DNA of 64,000 bases, from NCBI GenBank assembly GCA_964477305.1, contig CAYZFF010000001.1, positions 7,442 through 71,441 on the forward strand, written 5' to 3'. The translations under genes and the position numbers were made by a program. Origin of the DNA: an uncultured Cytophagia bacterium. Its GTDB lineage: Bacteria > Zhuqueibacterota > Zhuqueibacteria > Zhuqueibacterales > Zhuqueibacteraceae. The notes below the pieces were generated by a model. That model was not told the origin of the DNA, ran no database searches, and saw only the letters and a list, made by a program, of their open reading frames with translations. Below are positions 42,552-50,256 of the stretch, piece after piece (the stretch's first letter is position 1; every line of letters starts with the position of its first letter).

Positions 42552-43872
42552 TTTTCTGCGCCAGGTTTTTGCGGCGCTCGATGAAGCGAAGATCACCTAT
42601 TCTTTGTTGCGTGGCTTTGAGGAGCTGGAAATGCCGGCCGAAAGCAGCGAAGTGGATTTAGTGGTGGCGCCCGCGCATCTGTCGCAACTCGCCCAAACTT
42701 TAGCCGCGAAAGGTTTTGTCGCGCTTCCCGCTTGGGGACACGCCCCGCATCATTTTTTTGTCGCCTATAATCGCGCCACCGGCAGTTGGTTGAAATTCGA
42801 CGTCGTGAGCGCTTTGCGCTACGGCCAACCGTTTCGGACCTTGCACGTCGATTTGCTCGAGAGTTGCTTGCGGAATCGGCAACGCCGCGAATTTACTTAT
42901 GTCCTGGCGCCGGGCGACGAGTTCTTTACGCTTCTCTTGCATTGTTTGCTCGATAAAGGCAACTTTCGTGACGCGCGCCGCGAGCGCCTCATTGAACTGC
43001 GCCGGCAAATGCAAACTAATACTGCCATGCAGAAAAACGTCGCCGAAAATATTGCCCGCTATCTGGCGCCGGCGCTTACTTGGGACATGCTCACCGCGGC
43101 CATTGATCAGGATGACTGGCTGGCACTTTTGCAACGCCGTAAAGCTGTGGCGCGCCGTCTCTTTCAGCGCGCTCCTATGGCCAATACCTGGCGCAAGATT
43201 TCTACGATCATGTTGCGTCGCTTGCGCCCGCTGCTTTTTATGCTCCGTGGCCGCGGCGTCTCGGTTGCTTTACTCGCGCCGGATGGCGCCGGCAAATCGA
43301 CGCTCGCGCAAGCGTTGACAAAGGATCATTTTCTGCGCGCCAAACTGGTTTACATGGGAAGCAATATCGCTGCCAGCACCGTTGGCCTGCCCACGACTAA
43401 ATGGCTCCATCAGCGGCTGAAAGCGCGCAACGGCGTTAAGAAAAAGAAAAAAAATCTTAGCTTTCTCGCGTTGAAAGGTTTCAGCTTCATCAACCGTCTC
43501 GTCGAGCAATGGTATCGCGCCGGCGCCGCGCTGGGTTATTTGTTGCGCGGCCAGCTTGTGGTGTTTGATCGTTATATTTATGACTCGTGGTTGAATAAGC
43601 CGGCCAAAACGCCGTGGAAACGGTTACGCCGTAAAATGTTCGAATCGATTTGCCCGACGCCTGACCTCGTCGTTTTATTGGATGCGCCCGGCAAAATGCT
43701 GTGGGAGCGCAAACACGAGCACACGCCCGAGTGGCTTGAGCAGCAGCGCCACGGCTATCTCGCGCTCAAAGAACGCGTTCCGCAAATGCGGGTGGTCGAT
43801 GCCACGCAGCAGGCCGAATACGTGAAGCGCGAAGTTACAGCGTTGATTTGGGCGCAGCAGCGTTCTCGTTAA
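42544..43872 (+). CDS. two-domain protein: N-terminal uncharacterised-nucleotidyltransferase-like domain fused to P-loop kinase-fold domain
   Basis: The N-terminal half (ITYSLLRGFEELEMPAESSEVDLVVAPAHLSQLAQTLAAKGFV) resembles the PF14907-type nucleotidyltransferase family by eye. The C-terminal half carries Walker A LLAPDGAGKST and is collinear with ORF 39342. Confidence 0.45.
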   Translation: MDSFLRQVFAALDEAKITYSLLRGFEELEMPAESSEVDLVVAPAHLSQLAQTLAAKGFVALPAWGHAPHHFFVAYNRATGSWLKFDVVSALRYGQPFRTLHVDLLESCLRNRQRREFTYVLAPGDEFFTLLLHCLLDKGNFRDARRERLIELRRQMQTNTAMQKNVAENIARYLAPALTWDMLTAAIDQDDWLALLQRRKAVARRLFQRAPMANTWRKISTIMLRRLRPLLFMLRGRGVSVALLAPDGAGKSTLAQALTKDHFLRAKLVYMGSNIAASTVGLPTTKWLHQRLKARNGVKKKKKNLSFLALKGFSFINRLVEQWYRAGAALGYLLRGQLVVFDRYIYDSWLNKPAKTPWKRLRRKMFESICPTPDLVVLLDAPGKMLWERKHEHTPEWLEQQRHGYLALKERVPQMRVVDATQQAEYVKREVTALIWAQQRSR

Positions 43873-43925
43873 AGAGTTATTTCGGGACGCCATCAAATTA
43901 TTTAGTTGAAGAATCATTGCAAAAT

Positions 43926-45503
43926 ATGCCTTCGGAAACTGATATTCAAGAACTGCCTTCCGCCAAAGAATCGGCCAAGCTGGGCCGTATTGGCAAACGC
44001 GACGCAACGAAGAAACAAATTCGTGGCTCCAGTCTGCTGCTCTTCGGCAAGTTGCTGTCGATGGGAATTAACTTCGCTGCACAGGTGGTAATCGTTCGCT
44101 ATCTTTCCAAAACCGATTATGGTGCGTGGGCCTATGCGCTATCGGTCGTCTCTTTTTGTCAAAACATTGCCATCTTCGGCCTCGATCGCGGTATCACGCG
44201 TTTTATTCCGATCTATCACGAGAAGAACGACTATAACAAACTTTTCGGCACGCTGGTTTTGGTTTTTGGATCGATCCTGCTGGCGTGCGGCCTTGTCATC
44301 GCTGCGTTTTATGCGGCGCCGGAACAGGTGGCGCGCCTCATCAACGATAAAGATCAGCCCGTCGCGCTATTGTTTATCATGATTCTACTGTTGCCGACCG
44401 AAGCGCTGGACGCGCTGTTAACCGGTTTGTTTGCCAGCTTCACCAATCCGCGCGCGATTTTTTTTCGCAAACATATTCTCGGCCCGGCAATGCGCTTCGG
44501 CGTCGTGCTGCTCTTGATTTTTTTCAAAAGCACTGTGATTTTTTTGGCGTACGGCTATATTGCCGCCAGCGCTTGTGGGGTGTTGATCTATTGTGTTTTT
44601 CTTTATCGACTGTTGAAGCAAGAAGGCCTCTTTGCGCATTTTAATTTAAAAACCATCAACATTCCGGCAAAAGAAATCTTGGCGTTTACCTTGCCGCTGC
44701 TCTCTTCCGATCTGGTCAACATTTTAACCCATTCCGCGGATACGCTACTGCTCGGATATTTTCATAATGCCAGCGAAGTCGCCTTATATCGCGTCGTTCT
44801 GCCCGCGGCGCATTTTAATAAGTTAGTGATGACGAGTTTTGGATTTCTTTTTACTCCGCTTGCCGCGCGCCTGTTGGCCAACAATGATTTGAAAGCGATC
44901 AACGATTTGTACTGGCGCACGGCCATTTGGATGGGCGTCTTGAGCTTCCCGATTTTTGCATTGACTTTTTCGATGGCGAAACCGTTGACGCAATTTCTTT
45001 ACGGCGAGCGTTATATCGACTCATGGGTTTTCCTGCAACTGATTTCATTTGGATATTATTTCAGCGCCGCGCTCGGTTTCAACGGTTTGACGCTGAAAGT
45101 GTTGGGAAAACTGCGATATATGGTCACCATCAATATTATCGCGGTTATTGTCAATGTCGGCGTTAATCTTGTGCTCATTCCCAAGTACGGTGCATTGGGC
45201 GCGGCGATCGGCACCACCGGCACGATGATCGTTCACAACATTTTCAAGCAGATCGGCTTGCGTTTGACGGCGGGCATCAGCATTTTTGACCGGCAGTACC
45301 TGCCGTTTTATCTGATCATTACCGGTAGTGCCGCTGCATTGTTTCTCATCACGATCTTTCTCTCCGAGAATATCTATATCGCTGTGCCGCTGGTTGCACT
45401 CGCGACTCTTTTCGTCCTGCGAATGGGCAAAGATAAACTCAAAGTCGAGGAAACTTTCCCCGAGTTGTTGAAGCTGCCGTTCATGAAAAAATTGTTGACT
45501 TGA
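43926..45503 (+). CDS. wzx: oligosaccharide-unit flippase (Wzx, MOP superfamily)
   Basis: About 12 TM helices. N-terminus IRGSSLLLFGKLLSMGINFAAQVVIVRYLSKTDYGAWAYALSV is typical of polysaccharide-biosynthesis flippases. I chose ATG 43926 because track start 43848 overlaps the upstream gene. Confidence 0.75.
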   Translation: MPSETDIQELPSAKESAKLGRIGKRDATKKQIRGSSLLLFGKLLSMGINFAAQVVIVRYLSKTDYGAWAYALSVVSFCQNIAIFGLDRGITRFIPIYHEKNDYNKLFGTLVLVFGSILLACGLVIAAFYAAPEQVARLINDKDQPVALLFIMILLLPTEALDALLTGLFASFTNPRAIFFRKHILGPAMRFGVVLLLIFFKSTVIFLAYGYIAASACGVLIYCVFLYRLLKQEGLFAHFNLKTINIPAKEILAFTLPLLSSDLVNILTHSADTLLLGYFHNASEVALYRVVLPAAHFNKLVMTSFGFLFTPLAARLLANNDLKAINDLYWRTAIWMGVLSFPIFALTFSMAKPLTQFLYGERYIDSWVFLQLISFGYYFSAALGFNGLTLKVLGKLRYMVTINIIAVIVNVGVNLVLIPKYGALGAAIGTTGTMIVHNIFKQIGLRLTAGISIFDRQYLPFYLIITGSAAALFLITIFLSENIYIAVPLVALATLFVLRMGKDKLKVEETFPELLKLPFMKKLLT

Positions 45504-45556
45504 GTTGTTGCCAGCAGCTTGTTACTGAAATCTGATTACTGAAAACTGAACACTGG

Positions 45557-47341
45557 ATGTTAGAAAATACCCTCGCCACTGACTTTATTCCCGGTACCAA
45601 TCTCACCGGCGGCCTCGCGCGCGCCTCGTGGCGATTTTTATTGCCCAACCTGGAATTAGATCGCATTGTCTGTTTCGGCGTGCCCTCGGCTGCGACGTTG
45701 AACGTACTTGCCACTATGGGCAAGGAAATGTTGGTGCTTTCTACCAACGCGCCGCAATTGGAGGCCGTTCGGAAAGAGGTTGATTCGCACAACCTCACTT
45801 TGACGCACGTGACGGATTTCACACGACTGCCTTTGCCGGATCGCAGTGTGTCGCTGGTTTTGCTCGCCGGGAAAAAGGAATTGGCGAGTCTCCTGCTCGA
45901 TACGGTATTTCCAGCGGAGTTGAATCGACTGCTCAAAGAAGACGGCGCGATTTACTTCGAGGTAAAAAATCTGTCCGAGCGATCGGTGGCGCGCCAGATG
46001 ATGCATAATCTCGCGGAACTGGGCTTTAAAGGAGTGCGGGAGTTTTGGCTCACACCGTTCAAAGGCGAGTTGCGCACCGCGTTCCCGCTGGATGATCGGA
46101 TGTCCAAATATCTTTTCACCAATGTCTTGTATGGCCAATCCGTAAAAAAACGGGCCTTGAGCCGCGCCGGCGTCATGCTCAGTCAGGCTGGCCTGCTTCG
46201 TCATCTAGCGCCGCGCCGCGCTATTTTCGTGCAACGCTCGTCGGCGCAACTGGAAAAGCAGACGCCGCAATATTTGAACACGCTGGCAAAAAAGGCGGGC
46301 GTCGATTTATCCGCCATGTCCTGCGGCCTTTCGGCGCGAGGAAAATTTAACGCCAACAAAAACATTTTTTATTTGTTTGATGCCGGCAAAGGGGAGAAAG
46401 CCCGGGCCGTCGTTAAAATGACGCGCGCGACCGACTTCAATAAACGTTTGGAGAATGAGTATCGCGTACTTGCGAAACTCCATCAAAATGGCTTTGTCGA
46501 CAAAGGCACCTATCCCGAGCCTTTATTCTACGGCACCCATGCCGGTCTCGCCATTCTCGGGCAAATGGCCGTCTACGGCGAACCGTTCCGCAGCCGCACT
46601 AAAGCGACCATTGATTGCCCCATTGCCAATGACGCCCTCAATTGGATCGTGAAGCTCGGCGCCGCTTCGGCGAATACCGCCGCGGCCGCTTCTGCTGAAG
46701 TTGAAGCCGCAATGATGAAACTGTATCGTCGCTTCGCGGAGATTTATCCGCTGACCAATGCCGAAGCCGATTTTCTCGTTGAGCAAATTAAAACGATCGG
46801 CCGGGTCTCAAAAAAATTCCCTTTGGTTTTTCAGCACGGCGATCCCGGCACGTGGAACATGCTGGTCTCCCCGGAAAATCGCGTTATCGTCATTGATTGG
46901 GAAGCGGGCGAACCCGAAGGCATGCCGTTGTGGGATCTGTTTTATTTCACGCGCACCTACGGCAGTTGGATGTCGCGTATGCAAGGCAGCCGCAATCCGC
47001 TCAAAAATTTTACGCAACATTTTCTCGAACCCTCGCCGTTGCACGAGTTGCTGCTTGCCACCCTCCGGCGTTATTGTCAGGGCGTCGGCCTGGCGCCGGC
47101 TTTAATTGCGCCGCTCTTTTATACCTGCTGGATGCATCGCGCGCTCAAAGAGTCGACGCGTTTGCAAACAGATGGATTAATTCAAGGCACTTTTTTTACC
47201 TTGCTCCGGCATTGCATTGAGCATTACAATACCGCTGCCCTGCAAACTCTTTTTTCGCTGAGCACGAACAACCAGGCCTCAAGCTCCGATGACAAAAATT
47301 CAGCCGGAGTGAATCAATTAAAAGTGAATGCCGGTTTGTAA
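45557..47341 (+). CDS. fusion of a degenerate Rossmann/methyltransferase-like N-domain and an aminoglycoside/choline-kinase-like (APH fold) phosphotransferase domain
   Basis: The C-terminal half has APH-type catalytic and Mg motifs: FQHGDPGTWNMLVSPENRVIVIDWEAGEPEGMPLWDLFYF. The N-terminal half (RIVCFGVPSAATLNVLATMG...LVLLAG...LKEDGAIYFEV) looks like a class I methyltransferase fold without a clean GxGxG. Confidence 0.55.
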   Translation: MLENTLATDFIPGTNLTGGLARASWRFLLPNLELDRIVCFGVPSAATLNVLATMGKEMLVLSTNAPQLEAVRKEVDSHNLTLTHVTDFTRLPLPDRSVSLVLLAGKKELASLLLDTVFPAELNRLLKEDGAIYFEVKNLSERSVARQMMHNLAELGFKGVREFWLTPFKGELRTAFPLDDRMSKYLFTNVLYGQSVKKRALSRAGVMLSQAGLLRHLAPRRAIFVQRSSAQLEKQTPQYLNTLAKKAGVDLSAMSCGLSARGKFNANKNIFYLFDAGKGEKARAVVKMTRATDFNKRLENEYRVLAKLHQNGFVDKGTYPEPLFYGTHAGLAILGQMAVYGEPFRSRTKATIDCPIANDALNWIVKLGAASANTAAAASAEVEAAMMKLYRRFAEIYPLTNAEADFLVEQIKTIGRVSKKFPLVFQHGDPGTWNMLVSPENRVIVIDWEAGEPEGMPLWDLFYFTRTYGSWMSRMQGSRNPLKNFTQHFLEPSPLHELLLATLRRYCQGVGLAPALIAPLFYTCWMHRALKESTRLQTDGLIQGTFFTLLRHCIEHYNTAALQTLFSLSTNNQASSSDDKNSAGVNQLKVNAGL

Positions 47342-47446
47342 GAAATTTTGAGGTTCCAGCGCGATTTTATATTTCGGGAATTTTTGTTCCGGGCCCAATG
47401 TTGCTGCGAGTTGCAGTCGGATTTAAATTAGAGTATTTAACTTTTT

Positions 47447-48502
47447 ATGTTGCGTGTTTCATGTTTGAAGAATAGACTGAAAATTCGGTTGAATTTTTTT
47501 ATTCTTGCCGTTGCGGTAACTTCTTGTTCGGCGCAAATCGGCATTTGGACGTCCGCAGCCGAGTTGGAAAAAATTCCAACTTCCGGCCCGGCGTGGGACG
47601 CCGTTTTAATGGGGGCGAGCCAGGATTGCGCCCATCCGGAGGTTGCCAATCCAGACGACGACACCAACGTGTACGTTCTCGCCGCCGCCATTGTCTACGC
47701 ACGCACCGGCGATAGCCGCTATAAAAATAAAGTAATCGCTGCTTGTGACCAACTGGTTGCCAAAGGCAACCCCGGCGGCCTTACTCTTGCGTGGGGCCGC
47801 GAAGTCGGCGCGTATGCGATGGCAGCGGATTTAGCCGGTTACCGCACCCCGGCATTTGAAAAATGGTTGCGTCACATGGCCGAAGTGTACAAAGATGATG
47901 AGGGCAACACGCTGCAAAAAACATTCAAGCGCCGCGCCAACAACTGGGGATCACATGCATTCGGTGCGCTGTGCGCGATTTATCGTTATCTCAATGACAA
48001 AGCGGCGCTCACTGCGATTCGGGAGTATTGGAGTAAAGGCGTAACCGGCCCCAATCCCGGCTATAAATTCGGCGATGATATTTCATGGCATGTGGATGAA
48101 AACAATCTGCGCCTATTCAATCCCAAAGGCGCCGTGAAAAAAAATATTAACCTCGACGGCGCCATGCCGGATGATCTGCGCCGTGGCGGCAAACTGCAGA
48201 ATCCGCCCGGGCACACGAATTATGCGTGGGGTTTTATGCAAGGGCAGGTCATGGCCGCGAGAATTCTCGAGCGCGCCGGCATGCCGATCTGGGCCGTCGG
48301 TGATAGCGCCCTCTATCGCGCCGCATATTGTTTACAGGTTCGGTTTGAAAAACTTTACGGCGGTTGGGCCGCACACGGCGACGACGAATGGCTCTTGCCG
48401 TTTTTGGACAAAGCTTACGGCGCCCAATGGGCGCAGCAGCAAAAAAAAATATGGCAACATGGCAAAAATGCCGGTTGGGGATATGTGACTTTAAGTAAAT
48501 AA
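47447..48502 (+). CDS. alginate-lyase-family-like (alpha/alpha toroid) secreted or lipoprotein; free-standing paralogue of the domain embedded in proteins C and E
   Basis: The signal with Cys (FILAVAVTSCSAQ) is followed by IGIWTSAAELEKIPTSGPAW, VYVLAAAIVYARTGDSRYKNKVIAAC, RRANNWGSHAFGALCAIYRYL, DGAMPDDLRRGG and GKNAGWGY. It is collinear with 21059..22012 and 30078..31028. Confidence 0.5.
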   Translation: MLRVSCLKNRLKIRLNFFILAVAVTSCSAQIGIWTSAAELEKIPTSGPAWDAVLMGASQDCAHPEVANPDDDTNVYVLAAAIVYARTGDSRYKNKVIAACDQLVAKGNPGGLTLAWGREVGAYAMAADLAGYRTPAFEKWLRHMAEVYKDDEGNTLQKTFKRRANNWGSHAFGALCAIYRYLNDKAALTAIREYWSKGVTGPNPGYKFGDDISWHVDENNLRLFNPKGAVKKNINLDGAMPDDLRRGGKLQNPPGHTNYAWGFMQGQVMAARILERAGMPIWAVGDSALYRAAYCLQVRFEKLYGGWAAHGDDEWLLPFLDKAYGAQWAQQQKKIWQHGKNAGWGYVTLSK

Positions 48503-48588
48503 CATTTTACCGAAGATTTGAGAAGTTAAGATTTGCAATATGTTAACATGAAATTAACTGCAGCCATACGGCCTCACCTCAAAACAAA

Positions 48589-50106
48589 ATGAAAACTCTC
48601 GCCAGTTCCCCGTCCGTTCCCGCCCATCGCGACGGAGGGAAAAAACTCTTTGTGTTTACTGCAGTGATCGCTTTGATCGGCGCCGCGGCTTACTTTGTTT
48701 CGAAAGATCAAATCATCCTGTTAATCGGCGGAGTGGTTGCCTTGAGTGCCGTTTATTTTCTTTTTAAAAAACCGGAATTTGCAACACTGGTTTTTGCCGC
48801 CATCCTCTATGCCAACCTCGCGGTCATTGCCGTGCAATTTTATCACGTGCCGCAAATCGCTGCCGCCGGTGTTTCCGGCCTGCTCGTGTTGCCGCTGGCA
48901 AATTTTTTAATTGTGCGGCATGAGAAATTGATTTTCAATTTTGGTTTTTTTCTGGCGCTGCTTTATTTTGGCGCACTCGTCGCCGCTTCACTGCTGGCGC
49001 GCGACATGAACATCGCCATGAATGAATTGGGCAATTTTTTAGCCGAAGGTTTGATTCTTTATTTCTTGCTCATCAACGTTATGCGCGAGCTTTCGACACT
49101 CAAGCGCGTGATCTGGACCCTGCTCATTGTTGGCAGCGTTTTGGGCAGCCTCTCACTTTTTCAGGAGGCGACCAAAAGTTACGACAACAATTACGGCGGC
49201 CTGGCGCAAAAAAGCGACGATATCGACATGTCGGACATCAAGGTCGACGAATATGGCGGCTCGCGCCGCGCCGGTGGGCCGCTTGGCAAGGAAAATCGCT
49301 ATGCGCAAATCATGGTCGTGATTTTTCCACTCGCATTGTGCATGGCATACATCGAACCGACGCGCAAACGGCGGCTGCTCGCCCTCGTTACTGCGGGCTT
49401 GATTCTCGGCGGCATCGTGCTCACCTTTTCGCGCGGCGCTTTTGTAACGCTCGCGGGCATGGTGCTGATCATGGTCTTTTTACGTTATATTCGGCCAACG
49501 CAAGCGCTCGGCGGCATCGCCTTGCTGGTTATGGCAATCCTTACTGTGCTGCCGGAATATGTTGAGCGCGTCAGTTCCGTGACGAATTTATCTTCGGTGG
49601 TCTCGCAGGACAGTGAAGGCACGCGCGAGGCCGACGGTTCCTTGCGCGGCCGCTTCGCGCAAAATCTTGCCGCCGTGCGCGTGTTTTTTGAGCATCCGTT
49701 TTTAGGCGTCGGCCCCGGACACTTTGCCAAATTTTATTCCGCGCGTTACGGCAACGAAGTCGGCACCAAGCGCCTCATCAGCAACCGCCGCGCACACAGC
49801 CTTTATCTCGAAATGTTGGCGGATACCGGGCTTACGGGCACGTTCGCTTTTATGCTCGTCGTTTTTTTTACGGCTCGCGGACTGTGGCACGCGCGCCGTC
49901 GCTTTATGCAAACGCGGCCCGATCTCGTGCATATCGCCACCGCGCTTTTGCTCGGCATTTTTAATTATTTTGGCACCGCCACATTTTTGCATTTATCTTA
50001 TCAGCGTTATTATTGGTTTTTAATGGCCCTCGCCGCGGCCGCGCTGTTGATTTTTGAAAAGGAAGGAAAGTTAATCCCCTCGGTCCAGCCGCAAGCCGCT
50101 GCATAA
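48589..50106 (+). CDS. O-antigen ligase/polymerase family (Wzy-like) membrane protein
   Basis: About 10 or more TM helices. Wzy_C-like core ALVTAGLILGGIVLTFSRGAFVTLAGMVLIMV and a large loop with R/H residues (RRAHSLYLEMLADTG). Confidence 0.7.
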   Translation: MKTLASSPSVPAHRDGGKKLFVFTAVIALIGAAAYFVSKDQIILLIGGVVALSAVYFLFKKPEFATLVFAAILYANLAVIAVQFYHVPQIAAAGVSGLLVLPLANFLIVRHEKLIFNFGFFLALLYFGALVAASLLARDMNIAMNELGNFLAEGLILYFLLINVMRELSTLKRVIWTLLIVGSVLGSLSLFQEATKSYDNNYGGLAQKSDDIDMSDIKVDEYGGSRRAGGPLGKENRYAQIMVVIFPLALCMAYIEPTRKRRLLALVTAGLILGGIVLTFSRGAFVTLAGMVLIMVFLRYIRPTQALGGIALLVMAILTVLPEYVERVSSVTNLSSVVSQDSEGTREADGSLRGRFAQNLAAVRVFFEHPFLGVGPGHFAKFYSARYGNEVGTKRLISNRRAHSLYLEMLADTGLTGTFAFMLVVFFTARGLWHARRRFMQTRPDLVHIATALLLGIFNYFGTATFLHLSYQRYYWFLMALAAAALLIFEKEGKLIPSVQPQAAA

Positions 50107-50256
50107 AAAGTAGCTCTGCCCTCATGATTCTTTTACAGCAACGCAATTTTCATTCGCTGGCAACCGATTCAGGCTTCCGCACAAATGGCTGCTTGTACAT
50201 AAAATTATAGATCAAACTTTAATAAGAAAATTCGCTTTACAGGAGAGCTTCGATAT

